From sequence record OZ195776.1: DNA of 64,000 nt. One strand, written 5' to 3'. The notes beneath the pieces are model-generated. The model was not told the DNA's origin, searched no databases, and saw only the letters and a program-made list of their open reading frames with translations. Below, piece after piece: positions 39,222 to 49,028 of the stretch (positions within the stretch are counted from its first letter, which is position 1; the number at the start of each line of letters is the position of its first letter). The position numbers and the translations under genes are program-made.

Positions 39222-40556
39222 CTATTCTTTGAAACCACTAAGTTCTTCTAACGTGTTCGCGACGTCTTTGTCCCAACGACAATTTTGGAAAATTGGTAGG
39301 AATAGTGCGTACACGTCCTTATTTTTTGATTTGATTACAGCGTTGTACTTCGCTTCGAAGATTGCTTCAAGCAAATCGCCACGAAGATACATGTCCCACA
39401 AATCAATACGCTCTTGTGTGTTGAAACCACTACCACAGTTTGTAACCAAACGACCACAATCAGTAGTTAGCGTAACAGCACCAAGCATGCCTTTGTACTT
39501 GCCAGAACCTTCATGAGCTTCAATGACGCGCAGGTCAGCAGTATGCTCTTCTTTGTACTTCACAAGTGCTTTAGAACGACGATCTTCCCACAAAGCATTT
39601 GGATCTTTTAGGATAATACCTTCAAGACCTTGCTCTGTGTACGAATGATAAACGTCAGATGCTTCTTCTTTGTTGTTTACCATTGTATATGGGATTGCTT
39701 GCAAACTAACCTCGTTCGCAATTAAATCGTTCAAATGAGTTTTACGCTGAATGTAAGGACGATTCAGTCTCATAGATTCGCCGGTGTAAACGCTTAGCGG
39801 AATCAGATCCCAAACCTGGTACACGATGCCCATTTGCTCTTCATGAGAGATGGTGCCTTTGTTTGATTTGTTCACGATGCCGTTACCAGCAGCACGACTG
39901 TCAACATTGTCGATACCATCTGGAGCGTAAACTAGCTCACCGTCAATAACACAGTCGGTAAGACCAAGACGTGCAATTGATTCGCGTAGATTCGTTAGGT
40001 TTTGGTACTGCTTGCCGTTACGAGACACGAACGTAATGTCGCCAATCGCATCGATGATTGCCATACAACGAGCGCCATCAGCTTTCAATTCAGCAAACGC
40101 AGGACGTTTCAGAATCTTATCGACCAAAGCTTCTTTGTACGAACTTGCAAGCATACAAGGCTGTTCTGGAATCAGCTTCTTCCAGGTCTTGTTTGCAGAA
40201 CTACCAGACGCACCACAGTCAAGTTTACGTTTGATAACACGACTTAGCACTTCTGCATCATCTGGATGCAATTGCGATAGTACGTTACCGAGGAAATCGA
40301 TTGCTGATTGACCACGATTCTTTTCAGTTACGAGATGATCAAACACGTCGTCAAACGCTTCATCCAGCGTATAACCATCGGTAGGGTTGGAGATGAACTC
40401 AGGAATCTGCTTGATGTTGAAGCTGATCTGAGGTGTATAAGCCAGTTTGAAGGCGTATTTCAGCGCCAAGTTGTTAGATTGACTGGTCAGGATTGCCAGT
40501 TTCTCTTTCTTCTTGGTAGTGCTTGCGATTTGGTTTAGGATATCAAGAACGCGCAT
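39222..40556 (-). CDS. 30: ATP-dependent DNA ligase (gp30)
   Basis: ELKADGAR, IDGELV, EGIILKD, ALVKYKE, FLPIF. Confidence 0.97.
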   Translation of the reverse strand: MRVLDILNQIASTTKKKEKLAILTSQSNNLALKYAFKLAYTPQISFNIKQIPEFISNPTDGYTLDEAFDDVFDHLVTEKNRGQSAIDFLGNVLSQLHPDDAEVLSRVIKRKLDCGASGSSANKTWKKLIPEQPCMLASSYKEALVDKILKRPAFAELKADGARCMAIIDAIGDITFVSRNGKQYQNLTNLRESIARLGLTDCVIDGELVYAPDGIDNVDSRAAGNGIVNKSNKGTISHEEQMGIVYQVWDLIPLSVYTGESMRLNRPYIQRKTHLNDLIANEVSLQAIPYTMVNNKEEASDVYHSYTEQGLEGIILKDPNALWEDRRSKALVKYKEEHTADLRVIEAHEGSGKYKGMLGAVTLTTDCGRLVTNCGSGFNTQERIDLWDMYLRGDLLEAIFEAKYNAVIKSKNKDVYALFLPIFQNCRWDKDVANTLEELSGFKE

Positions 40557-40755
40557 TTGCTGTTTCCTTCATTTGGGGATTATCTAAAAATACTTGCGGG
40601 AACACTTCACGAACGTAGCACGTATGTTGCATATCGTTTTTGTAAAGCGTTTCTTCCGCATGCTCACGTTTGATGAATAAAGCAGGCATCGTCATCGTCT
40701 CACCGATGTTGATAATTGCCACTTCATCTGTTTCTTTGATCAAGATTGCATGCAT
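40543..40755 (-). CDS. Hypothetical protein
   Basis: 70 aa, overlaps both neighbours in an operon. Confidence 0.6.
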   Translation of the reverse strand: MHAILIKETDEVAIINIGETMTMPALFIKREHAEETLYKNDMQHTCYVREVFPQVFLDNPQMKETANARS

Positions 40756-41045
40756 CAGTTATTCACTATAGGTTGGTTGGTGAAATGGGCGTCATTCTCT
40801 TCAACGAACACATTACCATCGACAATGGCAACGTCAAAGATACGACTTGCAATTACACCAGGATATACGTGGTTGATGTAATTGCGTGCGTCTTGGAACC
40901 AATCGTTCCAATCAGCTTCAAGAAGAGCTTCCCACTCTTCTTTCTTTTGAAATAGTTGTTTTCCTTGCTGCTGACGATCGTTCAGCTTTACCGCGCGTTC
41001 CGCTAGAGCAGAACCACGTTGAATGATGTATGCGCGTTTAATCAT
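40755..41045 (-). CDS. Hypothetical protein
   Basis: 96 aa, GGAG RBS, coupled stop/start. Confidence 0.65.
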   Translation of the reverse strand: MIKRAYIIQRGSALAERAVKLNDRQQQGKQLFQKKEEWEALLEADWNDWFQDARNYINHVYPGVIASRIFDVAIVDGNVFVEENDAHFTNQPIVNN

Positions 41046-41096
41046 ATTGACTCCAATTGGAAATCCCCAACCAAATTTAGTCAGGGATTCGTTTTG

Positions 41097-41693
41097 TTAC
41101 GGGTGAATCGCTTTGCATCGATTCAAGTATGCTTTGATTTCACCAACCGACTTCAAATCAGCGTGGTCATCGAAGCGATTTAGGAATACAGTTTCGACGC
41201 CGCAATTATCCCGGATTTCGTTAATGTTTTCAAGCTGATCATCGATAAAACCAACAACATTCTCGCGACCCATTATCTCGTGAACATACGGAACCTTTGA
41301 TTCGGTATACTCAATGGTGATCAGCTCTTTGAAACAACGAGGAAAGAACGTTTCCAAGTTGAATTTGCGAATGGTCCAATGCTCAGTGGTATTGCCGAAC
41401 TTTGTAAGTGCGATTAGATTGTAATCACGAGCTAATTTGTGAATTGATTCGACGGCATCAGTAAATGCGGTCATGTACTTACCATGTTCGATGTTGTAAC
41501 GCTGGAGCATGTCGCTGGCCATCTTATGATCACGAATACCCAATAGTTTGTTTGGCGTAGAGTGAACTGGGCATGTAAAATGCTTCAATACGTTTGTTGG
41601 ATCGATGCCATTCTTAGCACAGAAGAACGGTAGTTGGCTCTCCCATTGAATTAGAACACCATCTACGTCGAAAATTAGAGTTGGTTTTTCCAT
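41097..41693 (-). CDS. HAD-family protein (T4 gp30.2-like)
   Basis: LIFDVDGVL motif I, FIDD motif IV; upstream of gene 30. Confidence 0.8.
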   Translation of the reverse strand: MEKPTLIFDVDGVLIQWESQLPFFCAKNGIDPTNVLKHFTCPVHSTPNKLLGIRDHKMASDMLQRYNIEHGKYMTAFTDAVESIHKLARDYNLIALTKFGNTTEHWTIRKFNLETFFPRCFKELITIEYTESKVPYVHEIMGRENVVGFIDDQLENINEIRDNCGVETVFLNRFDDHADLKSVGEIKAYLNRCKAIHP

Positions 41694-41704
41694 TATTAAG
41701 CTCC

Positions 41705-42169
41705 TTACTTGGCTTTGTTGAAGTTAGCCCAGTACGTAGATGCACCGGCTTTTGACATTTCAAGTTTTTCTACTGCAAGTTCAATCGCTTGTTTGCGCGT
41801 AGAAACATCGTTCTCAGCCATTAGAGCAGCAAAACGTTCTTTCTTCGATGTTGGTTTAGTAGCAACAACATCAGGTGTTTCTTCGATTACAACTTCCGGA
41901 ACTGTAGGTTCGTTACGAATAACGGTGTTGAAACATTGAATAGCTTCATCAGCTTCTGCAAGTTTAGCAAACACTTCTTCGTTCGTATCACAGCGGAAGT
42001 ATTCCACAGCAGCAATTTCAAGAACAGCTTGAGATTCATCGGTGTATGTAGCAGTAGATAGAACACGTTCTTGTGTTAATGGATCCACATGACAGATAAT
42101 CTCGTAACGAGAGTTTGCTTTAGCGTTTAGAGATTCAACTGCGTTGCGAACAAGTTTGAAGTTAGTCAT
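41705..42169 (-). CDS. Early hypothetical protein with C-terminal HTH-like segment
   Basis: Behind a family B cassette; RKQAIELAVEKLEMSKAGASTYW. Confidence 0.7.
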   Translation of the reverse strand: MTNFKLVRNAVESLNAKANSRYEIICHVDPLTQERVLSTATYTDESQAVLEIAAVEYFRCDTNEEVFAKLAEADEAIQCFNTVIRNEPTVPEVVIEETPDVVATKPTSKKERFAALMAENDVSTRKQAIELAVEKLEMSKAGASTYWANFNKAK

Positions 42170-42171
42170 AA

Positions 42172-42240
42172 TGTTTTCCTTTAGTAGGTCAGCCCCGTGC
42201 CAACAAAGCCCATATTACAGGATTCATTATAAAGGGCAAC
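42172..42240 (-). repeat. Early promoter/leader cassette, family B copy 1
   Basis: GTTGCC-N17-TAATAT; 42172-42222 matches 48466-48516 at 50 of 51 bp, including the RBS. Confidence 0.9.
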
Positions 42241-42266
42241 GATTGCTACCCTTTATTTTGATTATT

Positions 42267-42632
42267 TTATGCGTTATCTTCGATCAAGTACTCTCGCTCC
42301 TCGCCTTCGAATAGATTCAGAAGCTCATCGAATGTGAATCGCGCACCAAGAACGGCGTTCACAGCATCTGTGATGGTTAGAGCGCTTTTGATCTCGCTAA
42401 AAGGCAACACACGTTCGATGTGGTTCTTAACACGATCTACGCCTTCTACAACCGGCTGTACGCCGCCAATGATTCGCAGTTCCATATCTTCCACGTACAC
42501 CATTGCATGATTTTCACACCAGATCTTTCCAGCACGGTAGTGAACATCATCAGCATCGTAGAAGTACAAATTATCTTCAAGTTGCTCTAATAGCGTTTGT
42601 TCGTTTAGTAGCTTGATGATTTTAGATTTCAT
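42267..42632 (-). CDS. Hypothetical protein (start at MKSK)
   Basis: GAAGGA RBS; variant early promoter GTTGCC-N17-TTATAT at 42677-42705. Confidence 0.65.
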   Translation of the reverse strand: MKSKIIKLLNEQTLLEQLEDNLYFYDADDVHYRAGKIWCENHAMVYVEDMELRIIGGVQPVVEGVDRVKNHIERVLPFSEIKSALTITDAVNAVLGARFTFDELLNLFEGEEREYLIEDNA

Positions 42633-42741
42633 GATATTTCCTTCAAGTTGTGATAGCGTTGTTGCTATGGGCATCAATATAAAGAAGGTTAATCGTGAGG
42701 GCAACAGTGGGATACAAAAAAAGCGCCAAAAGGCGCTTTTC

Positions 42742-43050
42742 TTATTTCAACAACAACCACTTGGCAGTTTGTACTGCTACTTGATGAGAGGTGTAGTCGT
42801 ATATTTTGATGAAATTGTGCTTCAGCAACCAATCAACCGCTTCCAAATCTTCTTTGGTGGCGTGATTCTTTTTCCATTGCTTGAAACACGGATATTGAGA
42901 TATCCGATTCACTGTTTTCTTAACGTGCTCTGGGCGATTGGCCCATTCGCGACGTACGCTCCGTGAGTACGGATCTCCAGCATATTCTTTGCGGGAAACG
43001 ATCACGATTATGATCAATAATATAATTGCGGCTATTAGTAGTCCAGTCAC
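42742..43050 (-). CDS. Small membrane-anchored protein
   Basis: N-terminal TM helix LLIAAIILLIIIVIV. Confidence 0.6.
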   Translation of the reverse strand: MTGLLIAAIILLIIIVIVSRKEYAGDPYSRSVRREWANRPEHVKKTVNRISQYPCFKQWKKNHATKEDLEAVDWLLKHNFIKIYDYTSHQVAVQTAKWLLLK

Positions 43051-43116
43051 TTACTTCTCCAGTTATGACTCCACATTCCAATACACGCCAATATCAAACA
43101 GAATAGGATAAAGCCC

Positions 43117-43362
43117 TCAGCCACGTCTGACCGCCTTAATATACACTTCACCTTGACGAACTCCGAAAACGGGAACACCTGGTATGCTGTGATATAACGT
43201 TGGTGAAAAAGTAGGCATGCCAACTATATTGCCGATTGCGACCTGTACCTGACCACATCGACTACAGTATCTGTATTCAAAGGAAACCGCACCAAACGCA
43301 AAATCATCTGAAATGTGGTTGTAGTATTCCCATTCGTGTCCAAACCAGCATCGTATCTTCAT
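43117..43362 (-). CDS. Hypothetical protein with CWFGH...CSRC putative Zn motif
   Basis: 81 aa ORF in a co-oriented run. Confidence 0.55.
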   Translation of the reverse strand: MKIRCWFGHEWEYYNHISDDFAFGAVSFEYRYCSRCGQVQVAIGNIVGMPTFSPTLYHSIPGVPVFGVRQGEVYIKAVRRG

Positions 43363-43366
43363 CGGA

Positions 43367-43618
43367 TTATCCTTCTTTGATTATTTCAAAGATTTCATCT
43401 AAAAACGGTTCGATGTCGTCAATATTGATATCATCTTCCGATAACTCGAGCATGTCGGTTAATAGGTCGATGATATCATGTTCTGTTAATGTACCTGTAG
43501 CAAAATGCACCTGGCCAATCTGTTCGGCAACGTTCCAATAATATTCATCGAAACCGTCTTCCGTATTAAAATTCGCCAGGTTGTACTGCTCAAGTAACAA
43601 GTTAAAATCATGAGTCAT
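43367..43618 (-). CDS. Acidic hypothetical protein
   Basis: 83 aa, AAGGT RBS. Confidence 0.55.
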   Translation of the reverse strand: MTHDFNLLLEQYNLANFNTEDGFDEYYWNVAEQIGQVHFATGTLTEHDIIDLLTDMLELSEDDINIDDIEPFLDEIFEIIKEG

Positions 43619-43670
43619 TTGTAAATACCTTAATTGTTAATTATGTAACAACCGTATTTACAACCCATGT

Positions 43671-43892
43671 TTACGCCATTGCTTTTTTAAACAAGACGGC
43701 AATGGTAGCAATGGTAGCAAGTACAGGACCAAGCAATACAAGCGTGAACAGCGTGCATACTTCGACATGCTTGTCTGTGCACTTAGGATTTTCTTTACGG
43801 AAAGCGACGATTTCTTCGTGATTCATCATGCGCTCACGGAAAGCAACGTAAAGCATAAGGCCAAGTACAACGTAAATCAGTGTTAGGATCAT
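43671..43892 (-). CDS. Small membrane protein (two TM segments)
   Basis: Two hydrophobic stretches; ATGA overlap with the upstream gene. Confidence 0.6.
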   Translation of the reverse strand: MILTLIYVVLGLMLYVAFRERMMNHEEIVAFRKENPKCTDKHVEVCTLFTLVLLGPVLATIATIAVLFKKAMA

Positions 43893-44629
43893 GTTAATTC
43901 CTTTGTATCAATAATGCGAATACCAAATTCTGGATTTTCGCGTTGAGAGTAGGCACGTGGGTTACAAACAACGTTGCAACCGTACACCTCGTAGTCGCAC
44001 TCTTGATGGATGTGTCCGTGAATGTGGACATCGATTCCTTCCAAGAGTTCGGGGTTTTCAGAGTAATACCAACGATTTGAATCTTGACCAGCGTAACGCT
44101 CATCGAGACTCAGAGAGCAGAGAGCGTGGTGCGTAATAAGCACTTTCTTCAAGTCAGGAAACGTTCGCTTGACATCCTCTATGAATTTCAGCGTATTCAG
44201 ATGAGCGTGTTGTATATCGTTACCAGTAAGGCGGCGATATTGCGGACCTCGAATCCTTTTCGCGTCGTTCATTGTGTACCGCCAGTTCATTTCATCTAGC
44301 GGCGTGACGATTGAGTGCCAGGCAGTTCCACCAAAGAACACAACATCTTCAACCACCAACCAATCGTCCATCAGAACATGGACATTGTCTTTCGTAGTCT
44401 CAAACTTGTGCACCTCGTGTATTGCAAGTCTCCACCAATCGTGGTTACCAGGAACAGCTATCACATGCAGCCAACGGTCAGCAACTTCTTCTAAGTCACG
44501 AACCGTACGACCTTTTGAATTAATATCCCCTGCAACCACGAGAACGGCAGACTTATCGCCAGTTAATTCTGTGAGGTAGTTCCCACCATGATAATCGTTG
44601 TGGATGTCAGAAAGATAGTAAATTCTCAT
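43889..44629 (-). CDS. Calcineurin-like metallophosphoesterase
   Basis: SDIH, AGDI, PGNHD, ITHH, HGHIH, NPRAY. Confidence 0.92.
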   Translation of the reverse strand: MRIYYLSDIHNDYHGGNYLTELTGDKSAVLVVAGDINSKGRTVRDLEEVADRWLHVIAVPGNHDWWRLAIHEVHKFETTKDNVHVLMDDWLVVEDVVFFGGTAWHSIVTPLDEMNWRYTMNDAKRIRGPQYRRLTGNDIQHAHLNTLKFIEDVKRTFPDLKKVLITHHALCSLSLDERYAGQDSNRWYYSENPELLEGIDVHIHGHIHQECDYEVYGCNVVCNPRAYSQRENPEFGIRIIDTKELT

Positions 44630-44892
44630 GCAGCTTTTAGTCCTTGTTCGAGCAAAATCATCACAGGAGCTAAACAGCCGTATGCTCCGATCATTGCAGC
44701 GTGGGTTGAATAATGCATTGCGTTAAACACTGCACCACCAATGTAGTAACGAGCCATAATGGCAAGTTTAGCAGCTTTGCTTGATGTTTCTTCCATATCC
44801 AGAGTGAACTTAACAAAGCGCTCGATGTTCGTATCACGACGATCAATATTAGTTAATTGGTGCCATGCGATTACACTATCTACGTATTTCAT
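44626..44892 (-). CDS. Hypothetical protein
   Basis: 88 aa, ATGA overlaps at both ends. Confidence 0.6.
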   Translation of the reverse strand: MKYVDSVIAWHQLTNIDRRDTNIERFVKFTLDMEETSSKAAKLAIMARYYIGGAVFNAMHYSTHAAMIGAYGCLAPVMILLEQGLKAA

Positions 44893-45047
44893 ATTACTTT
44901 ATACCCATTGTTGAGTTTTTCACAAATGTAAGAATTACCACCGACGCAATGAACGCGCCAGATGTTCTTGTCGTATCCGCCGTCGCTAGACCAGCGATAA
45001 TGGGGTAGATGTTCTACCCCGATAACGTATTGACGGTGAATAATCAC
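44889..45047 (-). CDS. Small hypothetical protein (52 aa, GTG start), not in ORF track
   Basis: Fills the gap with GTGA overlap on the topoisomerase stop and ATGA overlap downstream. Confidence 0.5.
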   Translation of the reverse strand: MIIHRQYVIGVEHLPHYRWSSDGGYDKNIWRVHCVGGNSYICEKLNNGYKVI

Positions 45048-46858
45048 TTACTCATCCAGTCCTTACGAAGCTGAGAATCGTCACCGAACATTACATCAAA
45101 ACAAGACGTATCATCGATTTCGACTACATCATACACGGGTTCGTTGATAACCTTGCCGTATTCTTTCTCGGTAAGCGAACCCAGACCTTTAATGTACCGG
45201 ATTTTCCAGGTTGAGCCAAGGCGAGATTTGCGATAATCGTCTAAATTATAGAACCAACGCGTTTCTTCGCTCTTACCTTTGCCTTTAGTCGCGATGATTA
45301 CAGGCGTTTTGATGAACTTCACACGACCTTGCTTGTACAAATCAGGCCAGTTGTTGAAGAAAGCCAATAGCAACGGATAGATGCTACCTTGACCATCCAC
45401 ATCCGCATCCACAAGAATACCGATGTCTTGATAGTACATGTCACGAATGTCTTCGTTACCAAGTTGAATGTCCAAGATGGCCATTACGTCACTCAGTTCC
45501 TTACATTTCATGATTTTGTTCGGCTTCTCATTCCATGTGTTCATCGGCTTACCACGTAGCGCATAACCGCCGTGTTTCGCTGAATCTCGCACTTTAATCA
45601 GATAACCGATTGCTGACTTACCTTCCGCTAAGAACAGCGTACCGCCACGTTGAGACGCTTTGATGTGGTCGTCAACCTTTTTGCGTTTCTGTTCTTTCTG
45701 CTTCTTAGCAAGTTCACGAGCTTCTGCTGCCATTTGCTTGGCAAGCAAGTTATCAATGATCGGATGAATGATCGCATCGCAATCAACCACACGCTTAGCG
45801 ATTTTCTCGTAGCTCAGATCTTTCAGATATGGACTAACTTCACCTTGCGAGTTTGTTAGACGTTCTTTCGTCTGGCTATCGAACTTCGGATTCGTAAACC
45901 CTCGAACAAATAGACCAAGCATCAGACCGTTTTTCAATAACGGCTTTGTAACATCGACTTTGTGTTTGCGCTTAACGAGAGGCACTATGGCGTCCGTTAA
46001 ACGGTTCATAAAGTAATCAACGTGAGTTCCGCCTTTTGACGTTCCTACACCGTTTACAAAGCTATTCTGACGGAATTCATCAGTGCTGCCAATGAATCCA
46101 GTTACGTTAGAACCTTCGTCAAATACCAGCTCAGTGCCGTACAACTTAGCGTATTGCTTGATGTTGCCAGAAACCTTCTTCTTGTTAAATCGGAATGTGA
46201 TTTCTGGGTATGCGACCGCAAGGGTTTCAACACGATCACGAATGATTGCAACGTCATTTGGAGACAGGCTGAAAATCTCAAAGCGATTGAAGTCAGGTAC
46301 GAATGTTACAGACGTTCCTTTGTACTTCCCTTTAGTCTCATTGACGAAGATGCGACTTGCATTGTTGCTACACGATACAGTTACCGTGTTTTTGCCATCA
46401 CCTGTTTTACCAACAAAGCGTTGACTGAAAATGTTCGTACAGAACGAACCTACACCGTTTGTACCGATACCTTCTCGGTCGTCCGTAAAGTTACTACCGG
46501 CTTTTGCTTTGGTCCAAGCAGCAACTGGACGTAGAATTTTGCTACCATCCGTATCTGTGATAAGGTCTTGAGGAATGCCTCGTCCGTTATCTTCTACGGT
46601 AATTTCATTCACATTCACGGTAACGCTGATTTCGTTACCATGCTTGAACTTCGTGCGAATTGCTTCATCGATTGAGTTATCAATAATCTCGTTAATAATC
46701 TTAGCGAGACCTGGGATGTATTTGATTGACTTATACTCACCAGAAACAAAGCACTCGAGTTCTTCAAGAGCCGTACTACCGATATACATTCCTGGTTTCG
46801 CAAGAATATGGTCTCGGTCAGTTAGGATCTTAAAATCTGTTTCGTTTGCGTTTGTCAT
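45044..46858 (-). CDS. 39: DNA topoisomerase II large subunit (gp39+gp60 fused)
   Basis: INEIIDNSIDE, VEDNGRGIP, GTNGVGS, AEGKSA, LRGK, DADVDG, YIKGLGSL; 604 aa from MTNANE. Confidence 0.96.
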   Translation of the reverse strand: MTNANETDFKILTDRDHILAKPGMYIGSTALEELECFVSGEYKSIKYIPGLAKIINEIIDNSIDEAIRTKFKHGNEISVTVNVNEITVEDNGRGIPQDLITDTDGSKILRPVAAWTKAKAGSNFTDDREGIGTNGVGSFCTNIFSQRFVGKTGDGKNTVTVSCSNNASRIFVNETKGKYKGTSVTFVPDFNRFEIFSLSPNDVAIIRDRVETLAVAYPEITFRFNKKKVSGNIKQYAKLYGTELVFDEGSNVTGFIGSTDEFRQNSFVNGVGTSKGGTHVDYFMNRLTDAIVPLVKRKHKVDVTKPLLKNGLMLGLFVRGFTNPKFDSQTKERLTNSQGEVSPYLKDLSYEKIAKRVVDCDAIIHPIIDNLLAKQMAAEARELAKKQKEQKRKKVDDHIKASQRGGTLFLAEGKSAIGYLIKVRDSAKHGGYALRGKPMNTWNEKPNKIMKCKELSDVMAILDIQLGNEDIRDMYYQDIGILVDADVDGQGSIYPLLLAFFNNWPDLYKQGRVKFIKTPVIIATKGKGKSEETRWFYNLDDYRKSRLGSTWKIRYIKGLGSLTEKEYGKVINEPVYDVVEIDDTSCFDVMFGDDSQLRKDWMSK

Positions 46859-46883
46859 GCAATCTCCATAAAATGAATAACCA

Positions 46884-47390
46884 TTACTCCACAAGTTTGG
46901 TGTAATAATGAACTTTTTTGCAAGGCTCAATAGAGGAGCCTGGATATACATATCGTCGTTCAGTTACTCCCAAATTATGAAAGCCGTTTTTCGCGAATAA
47001 GTTCTGCGAACGCGTATTATGCGGCAATATTGTTGCGAAGACAACTGCCAATCCCAATTCTTTTGCAAATTGTTCTGCGTGTTTGATTACCAAAGAACCG
47101 TAACCTTTACCCCAGAACGCACTTCCCATGCTCAACCCAACTTCCATCGTTGCTCCACGAGGAGTGAACGTAGCGAACCCAATTGCTTGATCCGATTCTT
47201 CTTCAATGATGATAAAGCGGTAAAAATCACCCAGTTCGATGTTGTTTCGTGCGTTTTTAAGCACTCTGAGAATCATTTCGTGTGATTTCACTGGAGTCGA
47301 TGAAAGCATCTTCCACATTACATCGTCCGTAGCCCAGTTTTCAAATAACTGCTGAACGCGGTTGTCGTCCGGTTCGATCATATGAATCAT
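46884..47390 (-). CDS. GNAT acetyltransferase (RimJ/RimL-like)
   Basis: EVGLSMGSAFWGKGYGS acetyl-CoA motif, NTRSQNLFAKNGF. Confidence 0.85.
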   Translation of the reverse strand: MIHMIEPDDNRVQQLFENWATDDVMWKMLSSTPVKSHEMILRVLKNARNNIELGDFYRFIIIEEESDQAIGFATFTPRGATMEVGLSMGSAFWGKGYGSLVIKHAEQFAKELGLAVVFATILPHNTRSQNLFAKNGFHNLGVTERRYVYPGSSIEPCKKVHYYTKLVE

Positions 47391-48214
47391 TAGTGGCCCC
47401 ACTTCTCATTAAATTTTGCTTCTGCGTCACGACGCAAAATTTCGCGACGGACTGAACGGATTTTGTAGCATTGGTCTGTAACCAATGAGTTCCAGTTACG
47501 TTCCCACTTGCGCGCATCTTTGATGCCAGCTTTCTTAGCATCGAGGATTTTGGCAATAGTACCGTCAAATTCTGCGCGCTGAGCGTTGTATGCTTCCATG
47601 AACGCTGATTCGTTATACTCACCCAGCTTCGTTAGTTTAGCGGTAAGAACATCTTTGACTTCGAATGCGTCTTTGTGAGCCATACGGTTACCACCATCAC
47701 ACAGCGAGCTCCAACCCATAAACTGACCGAAGTGTTTGTTGGTCTTGATATCAACCATACGATCGAACTCAGCTTGTTCTTTTTCCAATTCTTCTTGGGC
47801 AGCTTTGTCCGCAGCAGCTTTTGCAGCAAGACGTGATTCTGAGTTTTGGAACTCGTGCAGGTTACGGTTCAGCGCTTTGACGGTATTTTTGTCAGACATG
47901 ATGCACGAATTTACAGCGTCAGATACACGAGACATGTCGAAGTAAACGCGTTTACTTGAGTTGTTAAATTCAAGCACGTAAACTTGTTCGTTGCGAAGTA
48001 CCGACTCTTCTACCTTGGTGTTAAAGAAACCACCTTGACACGAACCTGGACGAACGATTTCAGCAAGATTTAGCGCAATTGGTTGGGCTTGCCATTCGCG
48101 GTAACCGTCATACGATGCAGACAGTCCGTTGAAAGATGCTGATGCGTTGTCAAGTGCGAAAGCGCCAGATGAAGCAGTAGATAGTAGTAGAGCTGCGATG
48201 ATAGACTTTTTCAT
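47390..48214 (-). CDS. Secreted/periplasmic protein with Sec signal peptide
   Basis: MKKSIIAALLLSTASSGAFA signal peptide with A-F-A cleavage site. Confidence 0.75.
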   Translation of the reverse strand: MKKSIIAALLLSTASSGAFALDNASASFNGLSASYDGYREWQAQPIALNLAEIVRPGSCQGGFFNTKVEESVLRNEQVYVLEFNNSSKRVYFDMSRVSDAVNSCIMSDKNTVKALNRNLHEFQNSESRLAAKAAADKAAQEELEKEQAEFDRMVDIKTNKHFGQFMGWSSLCDGGNRMAHKDAFEVKDVLTAKLTKLGEYNESAFMEAYNAQRAEFDGTIAKILDAKKAGIKDARKWERNWNSLVTDQCYKIRSVRREILRRDAEAKFNEKWGH

Positions 48215-48226
48215 AGTAATTTCCTC

Positions 48227-48463
48227 TTATTTTGCAAGTTCGATGTTAGCAGAAACGAATTCGATGATTTGAGCAGATAGTTTCTTACCAGCTTTTTTCA
48301 TACCATTTTTACCAGATGGAGTTTTGTAGTTTACTTTAACGATAGGAGCATCAGTTTCGATACCAAATACGCGACCGTAAGCACCATCTAAGTTGAAACC
48401 AACTTGAGATTTGTGGATACCGAAAGCAGCAGTGAAAGATTTAGTAGCGATTGTGATGTTCAT
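48227..48463 (-). CDS. Small early hypothetical protein
   Basis: Directly behind family B cassette copy 2. Confidence 0.7.
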   Translation of the reverse strand: MNITIATKSFTAAFGIHKSQVGFNLDGAYGRVFGIETDAPIVKVNYKTPSGKNGMKKAGKKLSAQIIEFVSANIELAK

Positions 48464-48465
48464 AG

Positions 48466-48534
48466 TGTTTTCCTTTAGTAGGTCAGCCCCGTGCCAACAA
48501 AGCCTATATTACAGGAATCCGAATAAATGGCAAC
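48466..48534 (-). repeat. Early promoter/leader cassette, family B copy 2
   Basis: GTTGCC-N17-TAATAT; near-identical to 42172-42222. Confidence 0.9.
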
Positions 48535-48582
48535 ACTGCAGATACAAAAAAACCGCCTTTTGGCGGTTTAATTTAAAACGAA

Positions 48583-49011
48583 TTAGAACTTCGAGAGGTC
48601 AAGTTCGTCTTGATCCATGCTTGCAAGCGCAAGTAACGTGAATACGTCGAATGGATTTGTGATGTACAAGACTTCTTCGTCAATACAATTGCTGCACGCT
48701 TCTTCTGGACCGAAGCAATTGCAAAGCATCTCGTCTTCTTCCATCGCATCGCGGCGTAGGTCTGCGAAGAACTTCTTCACATAACCATGAATCGCTTCTT
48801 GCATTGATGCTTCATCGCGGATGAAACCGAACATTTCTACCATATCTTCTGGTACGGGAATGTCAAACCACTGCGTGTTTAGTGGGTTATCGACCATGTA
48901 ACCAAGTGCAGTCATTGCATCGATTAGGAAATCGTTTTCTGGAACCAAATCCATTTTGATGCGAATTGTGTGCGAATCGAACAGGTGTGTAATTACGAAT
49001 GGAGTTTTCAT
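48583..49011 (-). CDS. Acidic hypothetical protein
   Basis: 142 aa, AAGGA RBS, CNC...CSNC motif. Confidence 0.65.
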   Translation of the reverse strand: MKTPFVITHLFDSHTIRIKMDLVPENDFLIDAMTALGYMVDNPLNTQWFDIPVPEDMVEMFGFIRDEASMQEAIHGYVKKFFADLRRDAMEEDEMLCNCFGPEEACSNCIDEEVLYITNPFDVFTLLALASMDQDELDLSKF

Positions 49012-49028
49012 GAACTTTCCTTACTTGA

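Noticed and set aside
45044-46951. T4 gene 60-type translational bypass or split topoisomerase
   Set aside because: ATPase and TOPRIM motifs lie in one uninterrupted frame; the track extension to 46951 overlaps the GNAT gene
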